A model generated the notes under the pieces. That model did no database searches, was not told the DNA's origin, and worked only from the letters and a program-made list of their open reading frames with translations. 64,000 nt of DNA from the NCBI GenBank assembly GCA_963665665.1, contig OY762428.1, positions 3,144,323 to 3,208,322 of the forward strand, read 5' to 3'. Position 1 is the first letter of the stretch, and every line of letters begins with the position of its first letter. The position numbers and the translations under genes were made by a program. The DNA is from Candidatus Kapaibacterium sp. Lineage in GTDB: Bacteria > Bacteroidota > Ignavibacteria > Kapaibacteriales > UBA2268. Shown here one piece after another: positions 47,403 through 56,921 of this stretch.

Positions 47403-49721
47403 CTATTGGATAACTAATTTGAAATCAAAAATTTTATCAGAGGAAGTTACCTTAATAAAATATGCTCCATTTAATAAATCACCCGGTAATTTGTACTGAA
47501 TATCCTGGCGTATGGCTCCGAAAAGAGATAGTTTTTCTTTCTTTATCGTTCTTCCGCTAAGGTCAATCAATTCAATTATTGTCTCACCGGCAAATTCATC
47601 ATTCAAAGTCAAAGTAATCAAAGAGCCGGGATGAGCGGGATTAGGAAAAATATTTGCCTTAATGCCCTGGGTTTCTTCAACTGATGTGATCGGATTATAT
47701 TCTATAGCGCATAAAAAGCCTGCATCATGTTGATATGGAAAATGAGGATCAAAGGCATTGTATATCGGAAAATCATAGCTTTCTGTCATTCCTGATAGAT
47801 ATATTCTTCCTGTACTGTCAATTGCCGATCCTCTCAATTCATTGAACCACCCTCTTCCTGCAAGATATGAACAATATAAAACACTATCCAACTTACTACT
47901 TATTACCATAACAAAGCCTCTGTTTTCACCCAGAAATTGACTATCCGTCGTTGTTAATGCATCATTTGTAACATCTAATTCTCCCCCTTGTCCTGTTCCT
48001 GATACAATATAACAATTATCAGGAGTCCGGTCAAACTGAATCATATCATAAGGGTAGGTTTGTCCGTATGTTGAAATTATCTCATTTCCGCTCAAAATGT
48101 TCTTTTTAATTAAGAACAATACCATACCAGATTCTGTATCCGTAGTTTTATGTGCTCCTGGAGTAGTGGTAATATCTTCTTCCTCTGTCAAGCCAAATAT
48201 TTGAAAATTGTTGTTACCAGAATATAATACATATTGGATTCTAAGTAACTCCTCATATGTTTGGTATAATGTAGTTTTATAGTCTGATAAATCTAAAAGA
48301 CTATAATATGCAGAATCGATTTCTGTTGAATAAACATCAACACCTGATAAACAAAGCGTATCTTCAAAAAGAGTACAAAACATTAACTCGGTTTGTTTTC
48401 CTCTTCCGTAATACGAAGAGAATTTAATTTCAGAACCATTAGCGCCTAAAATTGTTATAAATCCGTCAAATTTCTGTTTCTTTTCTTTTCGTATAGCATT
48501 TTCGGTTGTAAATATATTTGTATTTTCATTAATCGATCCAACATGATAACAATTACCTTTGTCGTCTATTTCAATAAAATCATGGGAAAAATAACCATCT
48601 GCTATTTCCCAAAAAGAACCATTATATAAAGAATCACCTGTATTCGATAGATTTACTGAATAATACATATCATTTCTAATAGAAAAATCAGGATTTCCCA
48701 AATATGCATGATCACAAACAGGCATAGTATCTCTTGAAAAACCATATAACTTATAGGAACCATCATTAAGAAAGGCTATTTTATGTATCATGAATTCCGG
48801 AAAATGACTTAACCACAAAGGATATTTCCCGTCCCTGTCAAAACAGCATACGACTCCTTCGACTTCTCCCCGTGCAATATTATATCTTTTCAATGAATCA
48901 GGGAAATACATTTTATCAAAAATGTACATTCCGAAAACCGGATTATTATCCTGATTAACACAAATTGACAATCCTGATGCATCGGCCCCCCCAAGAAAAG
49001 TTGAAAAAACTGTCGGATCGATTATCAATTCCTCTGTTTCGTCATATTTACCGAGTTTAAATGTCAGGTGCTTGCCGTCGTAAATAACAGGTGAACAATC
49101 TATTGGCTGCAATTGATATTCAGATTTTTGAAAAGCTTTCAGCGCCCCGTGCGTATATTCTACATTACCTGAAACAACTTTGAAGTTGCCATTATCAGAA
49201 TAATCAAGATGCCCCTCGCCTTGGAATTCAATTTTCAAATTACCTGGATTAGCACCGGGAGGAAGGATAATATCATATCTCGGTTTGTGACTATCAATTG
49301 TCAGTTTCAGGCTAAAATCCTGGTAATCAACCGTTATTTCACGATAAGATTTAACCGAAACGGCTTTATTGCTTTTATGATCATAAAAGTAATTATGAAC
49401 AGTCGGTTTCTCACCATTGGTATTCAAATTAATAACTTTATTGCGTTGATTGTCTGATGAAAATAACAACATATAGGCGCAACCGATTATGGTATCATGA
49501 GCATTTGATTCATATTTACCGGGGCTTTTCAGCCCCGGTTTAATATTATAATGATCAAATACAAGCCCGTCCCCGGTTATCCATACATTGATACCATCAG
49601 CAGAAGCTTTGGCCAATATGTTTTCCGGCCACTGCCCGGCGTTCGGAATAATGGATTCTTCGGAATAAACAAATCCGGCGGAAAGGAATAAAATACAAAA
49701 TAAAACTACTGCATTTCTCAT
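47403..49721 (-). CDS. Hypothetical secreted protein with a type-A T9SS C-terminal domain
   Basis: Signal peptide; C-terminal IKANIFPNPAHPGSLITLTLN...GRTIKKE...LLNGAYFIKVTSSDKIFDFKLVIQ. Confidence 0.55.
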   Translation of the reverse strand: MRNAVVLFCILFLSAGFVYSEESIIPNAGQWPENILAKASADGINVWITGDGLVFDHYNIKPGLKSPGKYESNAHDTIIGCAYMLLFSSDNQRNKVINLNTNGEKPTVHNYFYDHKSNKAVSVKSYREITVDYQDFSLKLTIDSHKPRYDIILPPGANPGNLKIEFQGEGHLDYSDNGNFKVVSGNVEYTHGALKAFQKSEYQLQPIDCSPVIYDGKHLTFKLGKYDETEELIIDPTVFSTFLGGADASGLSICVNQDNNPVFGMYIFDKMYFPDSLKRYNIARGEVEGVVCCFDRDGKYPLWLSHFPEFMIHKIAFLNDGSYKLYGFSRDTMPVCDHAYLGNPDFSIRNDMYYSVNLSNTGDSLYNGSFWEIADGYFSHDFIEIDDKGNCYHVGSINENTNIFTTENAIRKEKKQKFDGFITILGANGSEIKFSSYYGRGKQTELMFCTLFEDTLCLSGVDVYSTEIDSAYYSLLDLSDYKTTLYQTYEELLRIQYVLYSGNNNFQIFGLTEEEDITTTPGAHKTTDTESGMVLFLIKKNILSGNEIISTYGQTYPYDMIQFDRTPDNCYIVSGTGQGGELDVTNDALTTTDSQFLGENRGFVMVISSKLDSVLYCSYLAGRGWFNELRGSAIDSTGRIYLSGMTESYDFPIYNAFDPHFPYQHDAGFLCAIEYNPITSVEETQGIKANIFPNPAHPGSLITLTLNDEFAGETIIELIDLSGRTIKKEKLSLFGAIRQDIQYKLPGDLLNGAYFIKVTSSDKIFDFKLVIQ

Positions 49722-49725
49722 TATA

Positions 49726-52149
49726 TTACCTGTTTATTTGCAAAGATTTATTATCAATAATAATTCGACCGTCTTTTGTTAGTAGAATTATATTAACAAT
49801 ATACTGACCGGACGGCAAAGAAGCAACATCCAAAGAAATATCATTACTGTTTTGCGATAAGTTTTTGACGCTTTCGTCTATATACTTTTTGCCATTGCCA
49901 TCGTAAATTACTACGGATATTTCTTTTGGAGATTTTGCGCCTATATATAGGTTTATGACATCAATTGCAGGATTTGGGAATATCCCGTCCGAATCAAAAG
50001 ATTTGTTATTTTTTATGTTGGGATATAAAGTTTTGCCGCTGATAATTATTGTCGGAGCATCATAAGAATCACGTCCCGGATCATCCGCAATCTTAGCTTT
50101 ACATGCGCTTACTTTCCACGAACCGGCTGGAGGTGGGACAGATTGAACCCCCATCCAGCATTCATAAGCTCTTTGGTCATTAACATATTGCACAACATTA
50201 ATTGAGTCCCATTCGTTGTTACCATTCAGTTTATATATCTTGTAATAATCCTCAGCATTCTTATATAAATCAGGAGATTCTTTATCCCAGGAATAATTGA
50301 TATCGTCATCGTAAGAGCGACTTTGCCAATGGAAAACAAAACCATTAGCATCATTTGTATAATGTAATCCTTTGATCTGTGCAGACCGCATAGTAGCTAT
50401 CGGCTGACTTAATGAATACATGTTGTCAAAAATAAGATCCATTGATTCTTCAAGCTCATCGTTAGGAACAATATAAGCTTTGAAGGAATTATAAAATTCA
50501 TTTTTTGGAATAGTTTGTTCTCTGGGTTCAGATGATTTCAGATCGGGAAATAAACTGACAAACTCAAATAGAATTCGACCCAATGAAACATCTTCATTAT
50601 CTAATCCAAAGAAAGGGCTTGCTCCAAAATCTGAATCATCATAACAATCATATAAATTGTGCATTAAACCTGCCATTCTGGAAATTCTCTGCTTATAATC
50701 CCAACGGGATCCATTGGTTCCCCATGGAGCAACCTTAGGAAAACGCCTCCCTTGTGAATCAAACCTGAACGGATCGGCTTCATACGAGTATGAAGTATTG
50801 TAATACTCATAATCATAATTATTTGAAGCCCATTGCTGGCATTCTTCAGCAAAAAATCTTGCAAATCCTTCACTAAAAGTTTGAGTTCCAGGTATACCAG
50901 TAGTAGGCCTACCAGCCATACTATGATGTACATAATGAGCATATTCATGATACATAACAATTATATAATTGTCACAGGAAATAGTTGTCATAAGATCAGC
51001 ATTACTAGCTGAATACTGACCGGATATGTTTGTTTGAGTGCCCCAAAAAAATCTAATACATGGTATGTCGAAAGACATATTATTGTCAAATACAGCTTTA
51101 ATGAATTCGTTTGCAATTGTGTTATACCTTAATGCTCTCCCTTCAAGTTTTCTCATTTGCAAATCAACATTATTAACTGTGTAAGATGTTGTAGAATTAT
51201 TGATAGGAATTACAGATCTGGCATCTTTACTTTCTGACAATAGAGACTGTGATCTATAATTAGAATTTACATTATGCACTACATCAAATATATCAGTTTC
51301 AGTCATAAAGATAACATCATTTTCAAGGCTGGCTACAATTAGTATTTCCCAATTTTCTTGATCATCAAATTCAAATCCTGAAAATGAGAAATTAAATTGG
51401 TAATTACCATCTTTATCACATTTGGCATAATGTATTCCTTCTATATACTCAGCTGTTGAACCAGACCCTGAAAGTGGAACTGGATGATATAATCGCCAGT
51501 ATTCCTCTCCTATAGGAATCTTTTTCTCTCTGAACCACAGCCTTACATAAGGAAAAGTTGTGTAGTCTTCACAACCATCAAATTTATTCCAATCACCATA
51601 AGTAACATTTCCTGAAATATTGAATGTATAGACGTTTGAAATAGATGGATTTAAAAAGGAAGTAGTAAGTATTTCATAGAATTCATAATTTTCAAATGGT
51701 ATATCCAGTTCTATACCAGATAATGGATCACTGTGTGTCGAAATTGTAGTAGCAACATCAACCGTAAAATCAATTTGTTCACCATTTTCGAAATTTGGGG
51801 ATAGATTTTGAATATCCAATCGAATACTTGCAAGTCCCGTATCCTGAACTATTAGTTCATAATCGACTGTGTATGTCGAACTTTCTTGTACAACATGATA
51901 ATCGAAAATTCTTTTTTCTGTGTTTGAAGCATCCTCATCCTTATAAACTGGATCAAAAGAAATTCCTACCCAAAGAGTATCAGTAACATTAGCTTCGAAA
52001 ACAGCTCGAACAGTAACAGTATCCCCTAAAATCGGATCGTCAATAACAGAAAATGAACTTAGATTAGCAAGCGGAGGATCAGGAAAGGATTCTGATCTCA
52101 AAGTACTAATTAAAAATAAAAAACATAAGAAAACACATAAGTATTTCAT
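49726..52149 (-). CDS. Secreted putative zinc metalloprotease (HExxH) with a type-A T9SS C-terminal domain
   Basis: IVMYHEYAHYVHHSMAG zincin-like motif; C-terminal IFPNPAIDVINLYIG...LPSGQYIVNIILLTKDGRII. Confidence 0.5.
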   Translation of the reverse strand: MKYLCVFLCFLFLISTLRSESFPDPPLANLSSFSVIDDPILGDTVTVRAVFEANVTDTLWVGISFDPVYKDEDASNTEKRIFDYHVVQESSTYTVDYELIVQDTGLASIRLDIQNLSPNFENGEQIDFTVDVATTISTHSDPLSGIELDIPFENYEFYEILTTSFLNPSISNVYTFNISGNVTYGDWNKFDGCEDYTTFPYVRLWFREKKIPIGEEYWRLYHPVPLSGSGSTAEYIEGIHYAKCDKDGNYQFNFSFSGFEFDDQENWEILIVASLENDVIFMTETDIFDVVHNVNSNYRSQSLLSESKDARSVIPINNSTTSYTVNNVDLQMRKLEGRALRYNTIANEFIKAVFDNNMSFDIPCIRFFWGTQTNISGQYSASNADLMTTISCDNYIIVMYHEYAHYVHHSMAGRPTTGIPGTQTFSEGFARFFAEECQQWASNNYDYEYYNTSYSYEADPFRFDSQGRRFPKVAPWGTNGSRWDYKQRISRMAGLMHNLYDCYDDSDFGASPFFGLDNEDVSLGRILFEFVSLFPDLKSSEPREQTIPKNEFYNSFKAYIVPNDELEESMDLIFDNMYSLSQPIATMRSAQIKGLHYTNDANGFVFHWQSRSYDDDINYSWDKESPDLYKNAEDYYKIYKLNGNNEWDSINVVQYVNDQRAYECWMGVQSVPPPAGSWKVSACKAKIADDPGRDSYDAPTIIISGKTLYPNIKNNKSFDSDGIFPNPAIDVINLYIGAKSPKEISVVIYDGNGKKYIDESVKNLSQNSNDISLDVASLPSGQYIVNIILLTKDGRIIIDNKSLQINR

Positions 52150-52598
52150 AAGAAAACCTCAATGAAAAATTAAACATTATGAATTGTGCCCGAAGGCTTT
52201 TTGCAAATGTTACAAATGGCAGTTCTAACTTGGTATTTTTTTTAGCTCAATCTTTTTAATATTTGGTTCAATAATATTTCCCTAACCCTTTATTTTAATA
52301 GTAATATTGATTTCTTTTCACAAGGTAAAGTGAAAAAATGTAGAAAACAATCCTTAATGTATATTTGTATCTATAGTGTTGTTAATGTTATTAATTCTAT
52401 TTTTTTTCAAACAATTAAATATCAGTGAACAACGAACAACCAGGATTCAAATATTATTATTTGATAATAAATGTACCAGAAATGTTTATAATTTTCATTT
52501 GGATGGATCGGATACTGTATCAGAATAATCAAAGCGAATACATCAAAATTTAGAAATTTACTCAGTAAAAAAAAAGAGAGCTACTAAAAATATAGTTG

Positions 52599-52620
52599 TA
52601 CTACTAAAAAATTAGTAGTA
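52599..52620. promoter_or_regulatory. Perfect 9-4-9 palindrome upstream of the BlaI-family repressor gene; candidate autoregulatory operator
   Basis: TACTACTAA-AAAA-TTAGTAGTA, ~45 bp upstream of the likely start (52665). A related half-site tactaaaaa lies at 52582-52590. Confidence 0.5.
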
Positions 52621-52664
52621 TATTGCATTCAGGATCAACTAAGAATTTAGTAGAAGAGAATATA

Positions 52665-53039
52665 ATGAAAGAATTGACAAAAGCGGAAGAACAGGTAATG
52701 CTTATACTCTGGAAAAAAGAGAAAGCATTTGTAAGGGATATAATAAACGAGTTGCCGGATCCGAAACCGGCTTATACAACTGTTTCTACAATTGTCCGGA
52801 TACTGGAAAGCAAGGGATTTGTGAAACATGAAGAGCAGGGCAATATCCATAATTACTATCCTGTTGTAAACCAGGAGGAATATGCCGGCAGGTTTATGGA
52901 GGGCTTTGTTAAAAACTATTTTTCCAATTCCTTCAAGAACCTTGTTTCCTTTTTTTCAAAGCAGGATGATATCAGCATCAGCGAGCTTGAAGAGATCAGG
53001 CAGATAGTAAATTCAGAAATAAACAGGAAAAAGGATTAA
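52665..53039 (+). CDS. BlaI/MecI/CopY-family transcriptional repressor. The ORF track starts at 52623; the likely start is MKELTKAEE.
   Basis: LTKAEEQVMLILWKKEKAFVRDIINELPDPKPAYTTVSTIVRILESKGFV is a winged-helix penicillinase-repressor pattern. Confidence 0.75.
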   Translation: MKELTKAEEQVMLILWKKEKAFVRDIINELPDPKPAYTTVSTIVRILESKGFVKHEEQGNIHNYYPVVNQEEYAGRFMEGFVKNYFSNSFKNLVSFFSKQDDISISELEEIRQIVNSEINRKKD

Positions 53040-53041
53040 AA

Positions 53042-54688
53042 ATGGATATAATCTCTTATCTTGTTGAATCATCGGTTTGTATGGGAATGTTTTATGTCTT
53101 TTATGCCTTAATGCTTCACAGGGGAACGTTTTTTAGCCTGAACAGGTTTGTTATCATTCTCATGATCGGCGTTTCATTTGTTATTCCTTTCCTGGAATTC
53201 AATATCTCTTCTACGCCGATATATCCGGTTAACCAGGAAATAGTAAACAATATTGGCGATTCAATTGTTATTTATTCAGACAATCAGAACATAGCTTCCG
53301 ATACGTTTGATTTTTCTAACCTTATATTTTTAATATTTCCTGCAATTTCGCTAATTCTACTTGCCAGGTTTTTAACAGGACTTATCAGAATACGCCGTAC
53401 AATAAAACAATCAAAACCGGAACTTGTCTCCGGCAGGGTAATATATTTAAGCGCCGATGAAACCAGCCCTTTCACATTTATTAATAAAATTGTTTTGCCG
53501 GGGAGCGTATTTCATTCAGACAATTTGCAAACGCTCATCAAACATGAATCGGCGCATGCCAGGGGCCTGCATAATATCGATATCATAGCAATTGAGTTAA
53601 TTAAAATCTTTTTCTGGTTCAATCCGTTTTTATGGCTGTTTTCAAGAAGAATAAGGGAAGTTCATGAATTTATTGCAGACAGATTTGCAACGGAAAATCA
53701 TACAAAAAACAAATATATAGATACAATGCTTAGCCTGACATTTAGCGCGCAAAATACCGGGCTTGCAAATAACTGGAACGGTATAAAACTAATCAAGAGG
53801 TTAAAAATGCTTACAAAACCTAAGTCTCCGCTAATATCTATTGTTAGATATTTTTTGATAATTCCTGTATTTACTTTGCTGATTTTCCTTTTTGCCTGTG
53901 AAAAAGGTGAAAAGTTCAGGAGTTTTTCCCATTCTTCTTATGGAAAAGTAGATGAAATGCCAAAGATTTATCCCGAATATCAAAAATTCGGTTCAATGAT
54001 AAAGGAAAGGCTGAATTTACCGGAAAGCTGGAAGAATAAAACAGCTAAATACATGCTGAGCTACGAAGTAACGAAAGAAGGGAAATTATGGAATCCCATA
54101 ATAACGGCTGTAAAAATAGCCGACGAACCAGGATGGAAACATTATAGTATTGATTCAGAAGTAGAAGATCAGATTATTCGAATTATGAAAGAGATATATC
54201 CGAAATTCGAACCGGCATTGAAGAACGGCAAACCTGTTAAACATTACAACGGCATGGCACTGATAGTCGGCGACCCTGAAATCTGGTATCGGCACAACCT
54301 TGGCAGTACTGTTCTGCAGGGAAAAGGAAAAGGTTCCTTGGCAGGACTGAAAGTTCCCTACGAAGAAGCGAAAGAATCAGGAAAAACCGGAATATCATTA
54401 CTCAGCAAAAAGCAGGTAAGATATATATTAAACAATATGAATTACCCCGATGAAGCAGAGAAAAACAAGGTCAGTGGCAAGGTAGAATTATCATTTTTGA
54501 TAAATTCCAAAGGCAGGCCGGACGACGTTATAGTTGAAGAAGCCCTCGGATACGGATGCGACGAGGAAGCTGTCAGGATTATAAAATCGTTGAAAGGATT
54601 CAAACCAAATCAAAAATATAAGGGTCGTGAAAGAATTAAATTGACCCTGGAATTTATGTACAGGTATGAAGATACTTTGAATTCCTGA
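53042..54688 (+). CDS. BlaR1-like M56 peptidase signal transducer fused to a C-terminal TonB-like domain
   Basis: 4 TM; IKHESAHARGLH (HExxH of M56). The C-terminal GKVELSFLINSKGRPDDVIVEEALGYGCDEEAVRIIKSLKGFKP resembles the TonB_C fold. Starts 3 nt after the blaI-like stop. Confidence 0.65.
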   Translation: MDIISYLVESSVCMGMFYVFYALMLHRGTFFSLNRFVIILMIGVSFVIPFLEFNISSTPIYPVNQEIVNNIGDSIVIYSDNQNIASDTFDFSNLIFLIFPAISLILLARFLTGLIRIRRTIKQSKPELVSGRVIYLSADETSPFTFINKIVLPGSVFHSDNLQTLIKHESAHARGLHNIDIIAIELIKIFFWFNPFLWLFSRRIREVHEFIADRFATENHTKNKYIDTMLSLTFSAQNTGLANNWNGIKLIKRLKMLTKPKSPLISIVRYFLIIPVFTLLIFLFACEKGEKFRSFSHSSYGKVDEMPKIYPEYQKFGSMIKERLNLPESWKNKTAKYMLSYEVTKEGKLWNPIITAVKIADEPGWKHYSIDSEVEDQIIRIMKEIYPKFEPALKNGKPVKHYNGMALIVGDPEIWYRHNLGSTVLQGKGKGSLAGLKVPYEEAKESGKTGISLLSKKQVRYILNNMNYPDEAEKNKVSGKVELSFLINSKGRPDDVIVEEALGYGCDEEAVRIIKSLKGFKPNQKYKGRERIKLTLEFMYRYEDTLNS

Positions 54689-55102
54689 TGATGTAATATT
54701 GTATTTTTTATCAACGAACAATATTGGAATATTGATTCCATTTATCAGAGTACAGTTAATATTTACAGAAAATCAAATTAACTGTACTCTTTGAGTTAAT
54801 GTTATTATTATACTTTTTTATTTGCTCAGGCGATTGTCATTTCGATGTGTGCTTCCATAATAAGTTTGGCAGGGGGTGGTAACTGTATTGTGAAATAATC
54901 AAAAATTATGACGAGAGTTATTATGTGGATTCCTGAAACCTGTATCATACGGATATTAATATCAGGTTATATGAATAATAGAAAGATGTTGATTGCTTTT
55001 TCTATTTTCGTATTTAATGGAATTAAACTACATTTGTAGAATAAATGATATATTGCAGTGGCTGTATTGGCTCATTTGGGTTTTAAACATTTAGAATAAA
55101 CG

Positions 55103-55876
55103 ATGATTGAAATAAAAGATCTACATAAGTCCTTCGGCCCGAAAAATGTATTGGATGGTATTGACATGACAATTCCAACGGGCGCTACCATGTGTGTTAT
55201 CGGAAAGTCAGGCTGCGGGAAAAGCGTATTGTTGAAGCATATTGTTGGGTTGCTCGTGCCCGACAGGGGAAGCGTGAAAGTTGATGGCAGTGAAATTGCG
55301 GGGCTTAGCAAAAAGGATTTGTTTGGCCTGAGAAGAAAAATGGGATTTGTTTTCCAGGGTGCGGCTCTTTTCGACAGCTATACAGTTTACGAAAATGTGG
55401 TTACAGGCCTGTATGAACATGGCGAAAGAGACGAAGCGATACTTGAGAACGAAGCCATCAGAGTTCTTTCTGCTGTTGCCATGCTTCCTGAAAAAACCGG
55501 GGAAGGTGACGCGGAATTCCGGAAGGAATGGGAAATACTGAAAAATAAAAAACCTTCCGACCTGTCCGGTGGCATGAGAAAAAGAGTTGGTGTGGCAAGG
55601 GCTCTTGTCGGCAATCCGAAATATGTTTTTTATGATGAGCCTACCACCGGGCTCGACCCCGTAACCTCCGAGCAGATTGATAATCTTATTGCCGACCTGA
55701 CAGATAAACTAAATGTTACTTCCCTTGTTATTACGCATGATATGTTCTCGGTTGAAAAAATTGCTGATTCTGTTGTTATGCTGAATAATGGCAAAGTACA
55801 TTTTCAGGGCAGTTATAAAGAACTGCAAAATACAGACAATAAGGTAATCCGTGAATTTATGGAACGCTACGAGTAG
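55103..55876 (+). CDS. ABC transporter ATP-binding protein (MlaF/Ttg2A-like), with no adjacent permease gene
   Basis: Walker A GKSGCGKS, Q-loop FQGAALF, signature LSGGMRKRV, Walker B VFYDEPTTGLD, H-loop ITHD. Confidence 0.75.
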   Translation: MIEIKDLHKSFGPKNVLDGIDMTIPTGATMCVIGKSGCGKSVLLKHIVGLLVPDRGSVKVDGSEIAGLSKKDLFGLRRKMGFVFQGAALFDSYTVYENVVTGLYEHGERDEAILENEAIRVLSAVAMLPEKTGEGDAEFRKEWEILKNKKPSDLSGGMRKRVGVARALVGNPKYVFYDEPTTGLDPVTSEQIDNLIADLTDKLNVTSLVITHDMFSVEKIADSVVMLNNGKVHFQGSYKELQNTDNKVIREFMERYE

Positions 55877-56019
55877 GGATTTGCAAAAGTCCGGCTTAGA
55901 ATTTTTTACAGACATATAATATAAATGTTTTCTGAAAAAGAAATCAGGCATAAAACAGCCCCGTCGGCGCTGTATTTATCCTGGTACAAATATTCCTTCG
56001 GGGCTGTAAATCAATAATA

Positions 56020-56919
56020 TTACTCGAAATTAAATTCTTCCTCCGCATCTTCTTTCAGAATGTACTCATCGAATAGTACATTAGTGTTCGGAAGGCATTT
56101 AATGATATTTGCAATTTTTTCAAATGGAATTTTGTTGTTCCTGATATTCAGAATTTTCAGGTTTTTCATTTCGCATATTCCGGGAGGCAGATCTTTCAGC
56201 CTGTTGTCTGACAGGTCCAGTTCCCAAAGTTTATCCAGCTTTCCAATCCCGTTGGGAATAGTTTTCAGCCTGTTTTCGCTAAGGTCAAGCCAGTGGAGAT
56301 TTTTTAGCAGGTAAATATTATCCGGAACACTTTTTATTCTGTTACCGGATATATCAATATGCTTCAGGCCGGGATAACTTAAAAGTCCCGAGGGGAATTC
56401 GTTGAAGCGGTTGTCCGCAAGGCTAAGATTTTCAATATCAGCGGGGATATCCGGTGGAAGGTTTTTTAGCTTTTGTTTATCGAAGTTTAGAATATTTTTT
56501 GCGTCCGGTGTATTTCTTTTGCTCATTCCGGAAAGTTGGTCTTCGATAGCTTTCAGGCTGTTCATTGCTGATTCAACGGCTACCTGGCTACCGTCAGCCA
56601 TAGATATCAGGTTGGAATACTGCTGCTTAGCTTCTTTCAGATATGCTTCGGCTTCCTCAAGCATTCCAATATCACGGAAAAGATAACCGAAAAATTCATT
56701 TGCAGCAGCTGTCCAGTATTTTCCTTCCCAGCTTTTCACGTTATTCAGAAGTTTACGCCCCTTGTTCAGGTAGTCAGCGGCTTTTTCGTAATGTCCGGCC
56801 TCGCGGTATGTGTTTCCAAGCTTCAGGTAGCGGGTGCCGAGCGATACATTATCCTCCGAAAAGGAAAGCAGCATCAATGTTACGATAAATATAGTCAGTG
56901 TTTTTATAATATTTTTCAT
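56020..56919 (-). CDS. Secreted TPR-repeat plus leucine-rich-repeat (LRR) protein
   Basis: Signal peptide; TPR-like helices (GNTYREAGHYEKAADYLNKG...); 6-7 LRRs (L.NL..LDLS.NRLK.LP..I). Confidence 0.6.
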   Translation of the reverse strand: MKNIIKTLTIFIVTLMLLSFSEDNVSLGTRYLKLGNTYREAGHYEKAADYLNKGRKLLNNVKSWEGKYWTAAANEFFGYLFRDIGMLEEAEAYLKEAKQQYSNLISMADGSQVAVESAMNSLKAIEDQLSGMSKRNTPDAKNILNFDKQKLKNLPPDIPADIENLSLADNRFNEFPSGLLSYPGLKHIDISGNRIKSVPDNIYLLKNLHWLDLSENRLKTIPNGIGKLDKLWELDLSDNRLKDLPPGICEMKNLKILNIRNNKIPFEKIANIIKCLPNTNVLFDEYILKEDAEEEFNFE

Positions 56920-56921
56920 TT

